NCBI GenBank assembly: GCA_010093605.1
Contig: MU004198.1
Span: 250,726-314,725 of the forward strand
DNA from: Lophium mytilinum
Lineage: Eukaryota
Reading direction: 5' to 3'
Length of the DNA: 64,000 bases
Numbering within the stretch: the stretch's first letter is position 1; every line of letters begins with the position of its first letter. This document shows positions 1 through 12,106 of this stretch, in pieces. The notes below the pieces were generated by a model that saw nothing but the letters and a program-made list of their open reading frames with translations, was not told the origin of the DNA and made no database searches. Both the position numbers and the translations under genes were made by a program.

Positions 1-226
1 CCAAACCATAGGAGGCGATGCGAGATGCCCAATCTATACTGCCTATTTGAATGTTCGGTTCAAGCAACCAGTAAAGACGCCAGGCGTAGTGGCCGTAGAC
101 TCAAAGATCGTGTCAATGGAAGGGCGTAAGAAAAAGGTCCTCGTTCAAATGAAGGATCAGGGGAGGTCAGTCCTCGCTGAAGCAGAGGCTCTCTTTGTGA
201 GGAGCAAGGAAGTCGCAAAGATGTAA
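1..226 (+). CDS. 3' end of a hotdog-fold (PaaI/4HBT-like) thioesterase, peroxisomal; truncated by the window edge
   Basis: The frame starting at nt 2 reads QTIGGDARCPIYTAYLNVRFKQPVKTPGVVAVDSKIVSMEGRKKKVLVQMKDQGRSVLAEAEALFVRSKEVAKM* (TAA 224-226). The TAYLNV.F..PV.TP / EGRK / VLAEAEALFV pattern is typical of fungal thioesterases. It ends in PTS1-type AKM and is not in the supplied ORF track. Confidence 0.8.
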   Translation, partial: QTIGGDARCPIYTAYLNVRFKQPVKTPGVVAVDSKIVSMEGRKKKVLVQMKDQGRSVLAEAEALFVRSKEVAKM

Positions 227-666
227 TCACAGAGCTCGCATGATTATGGACTATGCCTCTTACATTAAAACGGAATCTTTAACGGCGGAAGTTGTGGATC
301 TGTACAACCTCTTCAGACGATCTATACATCATAAAGGAATTTGTGCGTATGGCAAGCTAGTATGGTGCTCTATATACTTGCGGATTACTGACGGCTTTTA
401 TACGCCTCAGTAGTCTCTTTTCCGTTGAAGTCAGATAATTCTTACCAGACGGATGCATCAAGTTAGCGAACGTTTACCCCACAAACCATGACGAGAACCC
501 GCCTTCGTGCGTTTGTATGCAATGAAGAGCTGTCCCAATAGCTTGTTTCCGGGGAAGAGGGGTATCATGCGGGGAAGCCTAGTCTTCCCACATCCGTGAA
601 CAGTAACATCGATATCTTATATACATCTAATCTCAACAAAGCTCTCTCCTCAGATTGTAAGCCAGG

Positions 667-2768
667 ATGGCACAACGGATATATCAGTCTATCTATCCAG
701 ATAACCACGTGCCGACGAATCTCTCGGTCGCCCAATTTCTTCTACGATACAATCCAGAAGATGTCACCGACGACAAAGTCATTTTGCAAGACTTGGATTC
801 GCAAGGAAAAGCTCTCACTTATGGTGACTTTCGTCATGGTGCTGCAGTCGGAGGGGCAGTACTAGTTGACGCTTTCAATCTATCCGCGGGGGATGCAGTA
901 CTTGTCGTTGCGCCAAATAGCGTGAACTGGGCGCTACTTGCTCACTCTGTCATGTGGTTCGGGGGAACGATAGTGTAAGCAGTCCCCACACGGGAGTATT
1001 GTTGGTAATGGCCCCTCTAATGCGTTACTTTCAAGAGGTGTGAATCCCGTAGCAACCGCGCAAGATCTGAAGCATTATATCGCAATATCAACCCCAACAT
1101 TGATAGTATGTGATCCATCGCTTCGAGACAGAGTGGAGGAATCCTTGTCGCCACTCAATCTTTCTAATCTCAAGCCGAGAATCATAGAACTTGGAGGAGA
1201 GTCTGCAGATTCAGTGAGCGCCCCTTCTTTTTTAATTAGGAAGGGAACGAGTCCAAGAGCCAGCAATTGATGAGAGTCAATGCAGTTTCCACCCAAGCAA
1301 ATAGATACCCAAGATCGCAATCGAAAGGTCCTCCGCCCTTTTGACCTTTCTGAAAAAGACAATAGAAAGCATGCAGCCGCTATCGTGTTTAGTTCCGGTA
1401 CCACTGGGCTACCTAAAGCAGTGCAGCTTAGCCACCACAACCTAATTGGTCATATGCTTTGCACTAGAACTGCAAATCCGGAAATGTACAATAGCGCATC
1501 GCGCGAAGTGTTCTACACGTCCTGTAAGTCCCTGGAGTTGCCTGAGTGTATGCTTTGCTAATGCTGTTAGAAGTTGCTCACATATTCGGCATGATTAGTG
1601 GCATCATTGTGCCTCCATACGTCGGCAGCTACATCGCGATGATGAGGCAATTCAACTATGATGATTTTGTCCATGGAGTTGCAAGAACGAAGGCGACAAT
1701 GATGAGGATGGTGCCTTCGACGGCTATTGCCATTGCAAAAGACCCGGCACTCGACAAAATCGACTTGAGTAGTGCAGATACGATCCTATGTGCTGGGGCT
1801 ACGCTTCAAACCGAGGTTGTGGAGCGATTACAGCACCTACTCAAAGGGGTCGCTATTGTCCAAGGATACGGGTGAGATTTGTATGTACTCCAAAGTTTGC
1901 TCCCTTTCTTACACGCAAGGCTGTGACTAGAATGAGCGAGGGTTCCGTTGCCGGGCTGCGTGCGTCGTGGTCAGTCAAGAAGCGCGGGAGCGTTGGTAGA
2001 TTATACCCGAACGTGTGAGTTGAAGCCGACCCCGTAGAAGCTCTACGTTCACTCACATCTATTTGTAGTTCGATACGAATTGTAGACGAGAACTTGAACG
2101 ATGTTGAACCTGGTTCGCCTGGAGAGGCTCTTCTGAGAGCTCCGACTGTTTTCATGTAAGTTGTTCAAAGGTGTGAGGGACGAAAGTTCCCGAACCGGAA
2201 GAGGCTCTGAACATCTTGAAGGGGATATAAGAACAACGAGAAGGGCACTTCAGAGAGCTTCGTAGATGGCTGGCTACGTACTGGCGATATCTTGTCTATG
2301 GACAATGACGGATTCCTATGGTTCATTGATAGGAAGAAGGAAATGATCAAGGTGAAAGGGTAAGCACGTGAATCTACATCGTTAAGAGAGGACTTGCTAA
2401 TAGCTTCTCCCTTTCCGAACAGCTACCAAGTCGCCCCTGCAGAACTGGAAGACATCCTAGGCTCTCACCCAGACATACTTGAAGCGGCTGTATGTGCTAT
2501 ATTCGACAAGTCCCAGCAAAGCGAATTCCCAATTGCGTATGTTCGGTTGCAAGAATCTATTCTTGAAAAGCATCGACATAGAAAACTTGAGGAAGTAAGA
2601 ATCTGGTTTGACGGAAAGGTCTCCTCGTTCAAGAAGCTACGCGGTGGCATACACCATATTGACGAGATACCGAAGAATCCTAATGGGAAAGTAGTGAGGT
2701 CTCAATTACCGGCAAGACTAAAAGCGGAAGCAGCTTTGGCTAAGACCAAGCTCGAAGCAAAGTTATAA
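667..2768 (+). CDS. 4-coumarate-CoA-ligase-like AMP-dependent acyl-CoA synthetase, peroxisomal (7 introns)
   Basis: Adenylation motifs FSSGTTGLPK, QGYGMSE, GWLRTGD, DRKKEMIKVKGYQVAPAELE and IPKNPNGK are assembled across GT-AG introns. C-terminal PTS1 AKL. Confidence 0.93.
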
Positions 2769-2889
2769 ACTCCGGAGAAACCCTCCATGAATATATCATA
2801 GGCCGATCACTAAGCGAAGTTTGGCTCTCACGCACAGGGAATCGAGTTTGGCGGAGGCTTTGCGAGTATTGATCTACACAGCTTGCAGA

Positions 2890-4912
2890 TCAGTTCAACC
2901 GTATGATTCGAGACTCAGCGCGAGCGGCGTATGTCGCCCGCGCGCTCTGATATTCAGTTTCAATCTTCATCTTCTTAGCCTTTGTAGCTCGCTTTCCATC
3001 ATCGAAAGGTTTCCAGACAGTCGCCCAAGCAGTGAGACACTCGGAATCCGTGATGGCACCTTTTGGGCAGGTAGAGACAAAGCAGAAAGGTGGTAAAATA
3101 CACGGTAGAGAGAGAGACCAGGTGATACAATCGATAGCTTTAAGACGTGTGCTTTGGTCTACAAGGGGCTCGTGTTCCTGTCTTGTTCTTTGTTTGGTCT
3201 CAGTGATGTCCACAGCCCAGACCGTCATTGGCTCCATGGAAAATCCACTGCGATCTCGGTTTCTGGGGATGGCCCTTGTCGGACTGTGAAAAGGCACCAA
3301 CTGGATCGATACTTGGAGGTTGAGCTCGGGGATGGCGTGGTCGGTCAATCCCTGCTCTTTGTTAATCCAGATATAGGATCTCCCTGCGGGCCATTCAAAG
3401 TGGTCATATCGGTCCTGTGTGCCTTTCCAACGTGCGTATTTTTCCGCTCCATAGCGTTCAGCCGTGTCTTCTGTCATAGATTTTTCGTGATCACAAGATC
3501 GTTCTTCTGAACGCTGGGATGCGAGAGCATTCTCAAACGGTCTTTGTAGTCGGCCAGACTGACTATCATTGGCTAACCACAGAGCAGGAGTCCCTTTGAA
3601 GTTGAATCCGAGTTTGATCCAACGAATCCTTGACCATTCAGAACGCTTCGAGATGTCTTTTGGTTTTATGCATACAATACCAGCATTCCCCTGGCAATAA
3701 TCGTGCTGGAATACATAATCTTCTCCCGGGGGTTGGCAATTAGAAAGGATCACCACGTCGCTCTCAGTATGCCCTGGGGGCTGTAGGGTCCGCAGCCAAA
3801 ACCCAAAGAAGGTACGTTTCGGAGGTTCGCAAGGATAAATCGGCACGTTGATTCGACGTCTCGGGAGCTTTAAGATATCTTCTATCGTTATCATACTGCT
3901 GTCATCGTGGTCTCTCACACGAACGTAAGTGTTGTCGTTCGGTAATCTGGCAATGATAAGGCCGACCGCCACGTGGGCACGTAATGTCGTAGTGCAGTTG
4001 AGTACGGCGATATCTATTCCAGGGGCACAAAGTGAAACCCTCAGCTCTATAGACAGTTCACCGTTGGTCTCTGTGAAACCTTGAGACCCTAGAGTTGGGG
4101 TCACGTAGCTGCTATCGAGGTACACAGAGGGAGACGGTGCGTATAAACTAGAGTATCTTGGAGAGGCGTCACCTGGTTCCATGGTCCAGGCAAAAATTGA
4201 TTCATCCTTGGTTTGCTGAATGATATGTTGTTGTAGCCGCAGAAAGGCTTTTTCTCGCTCTCCATAGATCATAGGCATATTCACGTTGAACAGTCCCATA
4301 AGACTATAGGCTCGGTCCTCTATCCTTTTCGTTTTTCTCTTTGCTGCCCACGACATTCGTTGAGCAACGGAGCAGGAGGAAAGCGCGGCGGTATGGCTCA
4401 GGACATCCTTGGGAATCTTCGTCTTGCGTGACAGTTCTACGAGAAGTTCGGTCTTCGATCCCATTGGATTCCATTCATGATCAAAGAAGGATACTGCTTT
4501 TGGCGCGATTAATTCCTGTAGAGTCCAGCCTCTGTCGAACCACTCGCTATCCGAGAATTGCTTTTGGGGGATATCTTCGAGGTACACGACGCATAAAGCA
4601 CTACAGCTGTACCACAGGTACATGCTATTGATGGCTTCTGTTAGCTCGCTCGAGTTTCCCTTATTGATGCAGCAGGTGTCCACCCAGCCATAACGGCAAT
4701 TAGATGCAGAGGCCAGGTCGCAAAATCCTTTGATTTTAGCGAACCCCCTTCTTTTGGGAAGCTCTGTTTGGTGACAGCATATCCTCGTAGGTGACTTCAT
4801 CCTCGTCAGGGCCCCATCTGTGTGACAGAATTGCATACTGATTGTTGTCGAAGTCCAGCTCGGAATCTGGAACTTGCTCGAATTCCAAGGTAGTAGTATT
4901 GAGAAAGCGCAT
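2890..4912 (-). pseudogene. HET-domain (heterokaryon-incompatibility-like) protein with a +1 frameshift near the N-terminus
   Basis: The N-terminus MRFLNTTTLEF...YAILSHRWG..EVTYEDM is in one frame, while FAKIKGFC...WVDTCCINK..SSELTEAINSMYLWY...WFDRGWTLQELIAP...RIEDRAYSLMGLF is in another. The junction is a G5 run (plus-strand C5 at 4744-4748); removing one G gives KKGFAKIKGFC. Confidence 0.85.
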
Positions 4913-5664
4913 CTTGACGGATGAGAAGTCTACAATCAAGACGAGGCGTAGGAGAGATGCGCTGGGCCAAAAGACACGCAATTGCAACGAGAACGCGAGA
5001 AGCTCTAGCCTCAGCCTTGCGCTGAGAGTATACGATGCTGAGAGATGGGAAGTCTTAAAGAAGGATGGTGCGTCGCGAGTTAAGAGCTATAGCGATACGT
5101 TGTGGTTTTCTGCATTCGATAGGCCCTCTTCAACTAAAGAACTTATGAGAGATTAGTGAAGGAGTGAGACGACACGTCCAAGGCTATGAAGCTGACACCA
5201 TTAGTTTGATTACATAAGTAGAGCTGAGCGATGATGCTAGAGGATAGAATACGCCGCTAGCTATCATAGTACGGCGCTAGTTATTAGCATGGGCGGGAAG
5301 AGCACGGATAGATTCTAGCCTGGAACGTGGTTGGGAACACGTGGGATAGAACGACCCTAGGAAGCCACGAGGTCGATGGATAAAGAGACCGCCATCAATT
5401 GTTCTTTCACCCCGCGCTCGCCCTCCAGCACTCAGTGTCATCGGGACACTCTCCTAGCACCATCCCTTCGAGATGCATGAAGCATCACGCGCGAAAAGCC
5501 ACCCTTGCATAATATGTAGCGTGGCAGCTCCAGCGGCCCGGGACCTTCAAACGCCTTAAATCTGCCGCTTGGAAAAGGACGGCGGCATCCTCTCTCTCGC
5601 GAGCAACCCCTCTCGAGATATACGGGTGTGTAGTCTGCGACACTGACGAGCCAGAGTGTTGCCG

Positions 5665-6822
5665 ATGGCGAGCCTAGCTGCCATTCCGGATCTACTCCTA
5701 CATATCATCCTCCAGTCAGATCTCGACACCCTCCTGCACCTACGCCTCACCTCCCGATCCGTCAAGGACCTCATAACCGCATACGAGTCCACTGTTGTAC
5801 GACGCGTTGCGCGGAACACGTTTCCACAGAGCAAGCGCCTCCTCCTGGAAGCATCTTCAAAGGGAAAATACGATTTGAAATGGTTACTAGACTGCAAGCT
5901 TCGACAGTTGGCCGCGATAGCTGTGGACAAGCATCGATGGGAACACAAGCTGCGGGTCGCGGATGGGGCGGCGGCTGAGGATCCAGTAGGAGAGGAGTTG
6001 CGCGAGCGGGTGTTCAAGGGATTTCGAATATTGCGCCTGTTCTCGAATGTCGCCAGAGATGCCGAGTCAGTGCCGTTGGACGAGCTCCCGCAGATCGCCA
6101 TTGCAGCCCAGAATGACCACTCGAAACCCTTCCATGTCGTACAACGAGCGGTGCCACACTTCAGACGGAAGAGCCTCATAACTTCGACCGCATATTGCAT
6201 ATCGAAACGGTGGTCACAAGCTCAAGAGAGCACGCGCCTGGCTTTGCTGTCGTCGGATATGATCCGGGAATGGAGGAAGGAGTTGTGGATACTGGAAACG
6301 CGGGAGAACTTCCTAAGACAGATGTGGCCGGAGTATGCCTGCTATTTCCAGGACATGTTCTTCTTTGTCAAAGCTTCATTCAGTCACTTGGACAAGCAGG
6401 ACAAGCACTTCGACTGGGGTTTTGAGAAGGGATCTAAGCGGCTCGATGATTCGTGGGTTTCTTGGTACATTCTGCGGGAAGGTCCAAGGCTCTTCTGGGA
6501 GCAGTGGTGGGCGAACAGAGATAACCCAGAAGTACCCCCGATACTCGAGGAAATCGAAGATGCTTGGGATGGTCGACCACCTGTCTTGGCCAAGATGGAG
6601 CGGGAGAGCTGCCGACGCTTATTTGAGACATTGGACGACCTAGCGCAGGATGCGTATCCATACAACCCAATTGCTACAGTGTTTCGGCCTCAGCCATGGA
6701 CGTTTTTCGCAGAGTATGGGCTAGCATTTGAAAGGAGACTTCGAGCTGTTGAGCGCCATCCAGAGGAGATTCTCGAGCGTGTTGCCTTTCATGTCGATAT
6801 GAAACCATTCGTGCCATTGTAG
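5665..6822 (+). CDS. F-box-like domain protein
   Basis: Single long ORF whose N-terminus LAAIPDLLLHIILQSDLDTLLHLRLTSRSVKDLI has the F-box hydrophobic pattern. Confidence 0.65.
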   Translation: MASLAAIPDLLLHIILQSDLDTLLHLRLTSRSVKDLITAYESTVVRRVARNTFPQSKRLLLEASSKGKYDLKWLLDCKLRQLAAIAVDKHRWEHKLRVADGAAAEDPVGEELRERVFKGFRILRLFSNVARDAESVPLDELPQIAIAAQNDHSKPFHVVQRAVPHFRRKSLITSTAYCISKRWSQAQESTRLALLSSDMIREWRKELWILETRENFLRQMWPEYACYFQDMFFFVKASFSHLDKQDKHFDWGFEKGSKRLDDSWVSWYILREGPRLFWEQWWANRDNPEVPPILEEIEDAWDGRPPVLAKMERESCRRLFETLDDLAQDAYPYNPIATVFRPQPWTFFAEYGLAFERRLRAVERHPEEILERVAFHVDMKPFVPL

Positions 6823-7222
6823 CTGGTACGTTGGAAGGAAGGCTGTGTTGCAATCACTATGGGCAATGCGAATGCCTTGTGCTGCTATCGGGCATAAAAA
6901 TAATGGAACTACATATGTTAGGTCGCGTAGATAAGTCCAAGATGACTGCTCTTTTCTTCTCAACTATATACCAGACCTATAGAAGTAATGGAAGTTTGCA
7001 CTACCAACAAATACAAACGCCATTGTAGTGGACACATTGAATTATAGGACATTGATGGGTATCAGAAAACAAATCCCAGCCAGTGCCAGCTTAGCGCCAG
7101 TGCCAAGATGGGGGCCAAAAGGATGATCCATTTCAACCTCAATCTTAGACGCGAAACATGGTTGCGAGATCAATGTGAGGCAAGCTTATATCCGGTTTGG
7201 ATCGATTGCCGTCGCGTTCGAG

Positions 7223-10200
7223 ATGGAACAGACCGATGCGCCGCTAGAGAAGGAAGCAGAGAACGCGTCCCAAGTCTCACCACCACCATCCCCTGACACC
7301 GGCTCTGTCCAGAACGAGCAGCATCTTGAGACACTGGTCTTTGTGGACCACAATGGCAAGAGGTTTCTCTTCCCGTGGGTCGAGTGCAAGACATGGCAGG
7401 TACACGATGTTAATTCTACTTGACGTAGGAAATTTGCAACTAACACTTCCCACAGGGCATAAAAAAGCTCATTGAACGAGCGTATTCACGTGGCGAGAAC
7501 TCTGCGCTCTTGCCTGAGGTCTTAGAGGAGAGATTTGATCTCTTGCTTTTTAACAGAGATGTCGCACTCCCTGAGGTATGGGATGCCGTAATCAGACCAA
7601 TGGTGGAAGTCCATCTATCTTTGTGGTCTATGCCCCCCGTTCCATCGCCCCAGCTTCCACCAGCACCATGGGCAATAGCAGGAGCTGAAGCGCCTGGTAC
7701 TGATCCCCCCTTTCCACTCCCATTTCCAAATCCGGCCCCGAAGTCCTCAAGCTCGAGATCAGAATCTCGCTCTCAAGACTCTCGTTCGCGTGCTCGGTCT
7801 CGACCGCGTGCCCGATTAGGGTCCGGATCACGTTCACGTTCTCAATCCCGCTCTCAATCTCGCGATTCTGTGGTTTCGTACCTATCTGGTGGAGGATCCT
7901 CTTGGGGGTCTGTCTCAAATGCGTCGAGTTCGGGTAGCGTTCCCACTGACTTCGAACCTCCTAGGCCGTGGGCCCCCCCAAGGGACAGAGATGGCAATCA
8001 TTTGTCCTTTCTCGCAACACACTCAGAATTCTCTGACCAGGTAAAATCAGAAGGGACAAGCCCCAAGCCTCCGGCCAGTCGGCCTATGACGAAGGAGCCT
8101 GTTGATATCTTAGAGGCTCACATGTCTCGCATGTCTTCAAACGAAACCAAAACCTATGTACTCATCCGCCAAGCCAACTCCCCCCAAAAGCCTGGAAGTA
8201 AAGACATCGCAAGTATCCGCTGGCATCACCTGCATGCTTCCGACGAATTAGACTTCTATTCGTTTAAGGATGCTTGTACCAGTATTCCCAAAGTGAGCCG
8301 CCAGGCATGCCATGCCGTTTCAACGCTATTAGCAAAGGTAGAGAAAGAAAATATCAAAACTGCGTTGGATGGTATGTTCATCGAACCGGGTACAGTCCTG
8401 CGATGCGACTTTAAAGACGACCAGGGCAAGGAACATGCTGTCATATTCGCCTGTGTTCCATTTTTCGATCTACAAGCTCCGTTGAAGCCAAGGCTCAGTA
8501 GAGGACAACGCCTCCATCCTGTCAGGACCCTAATGTCGACGTTGTATCCGTACGAAGACGTAGTGGAGCGTGACCGAGAGCAAGCATTCCGAAAGCATGG
8601 AAACAACTCCTCCGAAAGTATCATCCATGTACCAGTCTTCTGGATGCTCAGCATCGGATCTGAGGCGATTGTAACATGCGGTTATAAAACGTTATCAGCA
8701 ACAATGGGGCCATCCATGCTAATAGAGCGTGACATTCAGAAGCTCGGAAGGTTAGAGACTGCTGTTGACATCAGATTTACTGATTGGGAAGGCCGTGTTT
8801 TCTTGTTTCCACGGGAGCGATGCAACACCTTTTTCGAATTCGAGCAGAAGGTCCGAGAGGTACGATCGGCTTCAACTCGACAGGCTCCAATAAAGGGTAC
8901 TCTCAAATTTGTGCTTGTGCAAGAGAAAGACAAAACGTTGCTGACACCCGGCAATTGGGTTGATGAGGTCCATTCATTGAAGACTACGTTCGTTGATATT
9001 ATAACTTTGAATAAATGGGGACGCATGTCCGACGGAACTAATGCTCTTGAAGAGTGGGACTCGGATGAAGAAATCTCACAGACCGACGCGACTCCTGAGA
9101 CTAACTCTTCGCGGAAAGATGCACCAAAAAGAAACACATTATACAAAGTGGCACCATTCTTTACCTGGAAGCCTGACAATTTGTTGCAAAATGAAAAAGC
9201 GGGGCAGGACCATCATGGATATGATTCGAACATTGTTGACATGCTCGACGTTATCGGTAAGACGTTTGACCGCCTCTATACAGTGCTAAAGGCTAATTGA
9301 ACTCCTATATCAGATCCGGACGTTGCCACCCTCACTACAGAGCGGAGAAGGATGCAACAGCCAGCTCAGGGACACGAAATGCCACACGAGATCAATCGAG
9401 CCGGCCTTGATCCTGTCCTCAAATATCATCGTCGCGGGAGTCGTTCCGCCGCAGTCGTGAATCGTCGTGTCCGGGAGGGGAATCATATTCATATCCGGGG
9501 CGTGAGACTTGAGCCGGCGCAAAAAACTTCTGAGGCCCTGATACTCGAGAAACTGGCTTTGGTGGAACGAAATCTTCTATGCGATACTCTCGATAACGAT
9601 GCTATTGATCACGACGTGAACAAGGGATTTGCTTCGACCGACTACTATAAAGGCCTTTCGGAGCGTGAATTCGAAACGACCAAGGAAGCCATGGATAGAC
9701 TCAAAGCTGGAGCGCCTCTAGAGCCGTCTCTGCTTCTGGAAACTGACTTCCGCCCCGGAAAATACCAGGGGTCTAGTCTTACTGATGAAATACATGCTAA
9801 AATTATCGAGTTGCAGCGGTACCACATCGCGAGGCTTGCATATGAATTCTTAGAGGAAGTATCTCTAACGTTCTCTCTATACATTGGCAAGCTTGATATA
9901 AGTCCTGTTTCAAGGAAAGTATGGTCAGCTCTGAGTATGATAGCGGCGGTACTTCAAATCGCCGTTGACAACGATGCACAACCCACACGCAAAAGCAAGG
10001 CCAAGCTCTGGACGCTTCGAAAGAGGTCCGAATATATAGACAGGTCCTTAGCTCCAGATCTCGGCTCCTGGCTTCCCCAGCATATCAAAAGCTGCACAAA
10101 ATGTCGAAAAGCCGAGTTCGCGACCGAAGACCATGCAATCAAGCACCTGCAGAAACGATATATGAGAGACGATACGAAGACCCCATTGGAAGGCGATGAA

Positions 10201-12106
10201 CATGATCTAACCCCCGATTTTAGACCTTGTCTTCGTAATGATTTGCAAATGCGCTTAGAGGAACGCAACTCCGCGTTCATTCTCATCTTGTCTAAGAGCA
10301 TCAAGGGGATCTCGAATTTGATATTGCAAGCCAAGGAGCTTGCAGATGGGGTCACCTTCGATAACAAAACTGTTGCGGACTCATATGCATTGCCAATTTC
10401 GCTAGTTGAATCGATGCGAAGGTTCACTGTTTTGTTCCTAGGAGTTGAACGCGCCATATATTTCATTGACGTTCGTTTCAGGAATTGGAAATTCGAGCAC
10501 AGAAAGGAGGCCATGGAATACTTCACAGACGGCATGACTGCTCTTAAAAGGTTTGAGTCTAGTGTCCATAATTCGCTCGCGGAGGCCCGGAAAGACCTTT
10601 GTTTCATGGTTCGATCTCCCCCGAACGATAGCAACCTTCTCTTGAAGCTTTCTCTTGGACCGGAGTTCATCCTTGCGTGGTTAATGCGCCGCCTCATCGT
10701 CAAGCCCATAGACCACAACGTGGGGACACCCGAGCTGTATAGAGAATACCTCTCGGCTCTTGTAAGCAGGCCGTGTATCGTTCATGGAAAGGAACTGACA
10801 TCGATCCCCAGGTATTCCAAGTCAATCACCATCCTAGGAAAAGACTGCTACGGGACATCAATCTCCTACAAGAGGAGTTTCATGCGTTGGACCAAGTCAA
10901 TGGCTGGCAGATAAGGCTAGTCGAGAACTATTTGGCTGTCCTAGACGACAAATCATTCTCGACCGAGATCGCTGGTCGTCGAGCCCTCTTCGAACATGAA
11001 GAGAACCTCCTTTCTGGTTTCATGCCGCACCTACTAGACGATCACGAAGATTACATGGAGCTGCTGGGGCGCTGCCAGCCTCTGATAGAGACGACTAAGC
11101 AAAGCACAGAGATCAACGAAGAAGACCATGGCAAAGCAATTCTGGTATTCACGTTGGTGACCATCATTTTCTTGCCACTTTCTTTCGTTACATCATATCT
11201 TGGTATGAATACGGCCGATATTCGCGATATGGAGAACAAGCAATCCCTTTTCTGGGAGATAGCTCTTCCGCTTACTGCCGTTACGGTGGGATCGATTCTC
11301 TTAGTTGCTTATAATGGTGACCAAGCCCGCGATATTGTTTCGTCCGTCTCCCACACATTGACGGGGAAGAAGTCAAGAAAGAGCAGACACACCTTGTCGG
11401 TGGCCCAAAGAAAGAAATTTTCGGCAGGTATTGACTCTTCGAGCGACGTCGACTATAAGAGCTCTGGAGACTCTGCGGAGTATGCAATGCCAGTGCCTAA
11501 CACGCTTGCTGGAGGAGTGATTGGTAGGCCGCCGCCGCGAGCAGCTCCGGGGAGGGCTGGCAACACAGTTCAGGACGGACACTACCTCTTACCCGAACCC
11601 ATCTCAAAAATCATGAAAGATCCCCGCTCTCGGACCTACACAGCCCAAAAGAATGAGCCTTTGTCTCCACCATATATGCGATCGCCGGCGGTTATGCCCC
11701 TGGAGAGAAGTCGTCCAACCTATGCGAGAGTGCTTCGGAAATACGTCACTTCTGACTCACTAGCGTACGGATCAAATTTCTTTATCTTCAAATCTCCAGA
11801 GACTACTTCGTCAATGGTGCCTGGCAAACATGACATGTGGTCCCCCCGAATCCTTCTCATGCTAACGAATCAATTAGTCACTTTCGGCTGCCTTGGGAAT
11901 ACGATGCTCAGGACCCCGACTATTTGATCATCACGAAGGATGTAGACACTTATGACCTCGACGAACTATTCGAGCACAGTCGCCGTGCTAGAAATCCGCA
12001 GACGCGTACCAAAACGCGACGTAGGGACGCTGAGTCTTATATAGATACTTACAAAGCGGATTACACTTGGGTAAAGAAGTCGAATCGAGGGACACACCCA
12101 CGCTGA
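7223..12106 (+). CDS. Large multidomain protein: two fungal ubiquitin-like repeats, a CorA-like 2-TM module with GMN motif, and a small C-terminal domain (4 introns)
   Basis: Repeats LVFVDHNGKRFLFPWVECKTW and IRFTDWEGRVFLFPRERCNTF. TM segment GKAILVFTLVTIIFLPLSFVTSYLGMNTADIRD..FWEIALPLT. Tail PTYARVLRKYV..SLAHFRLPWEYDAQDPDYLII...LFEHSRR. Introns at about 7400-7455, 9257-9313, 10762-10810 and 11766-11877. Confidence 0.8.
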
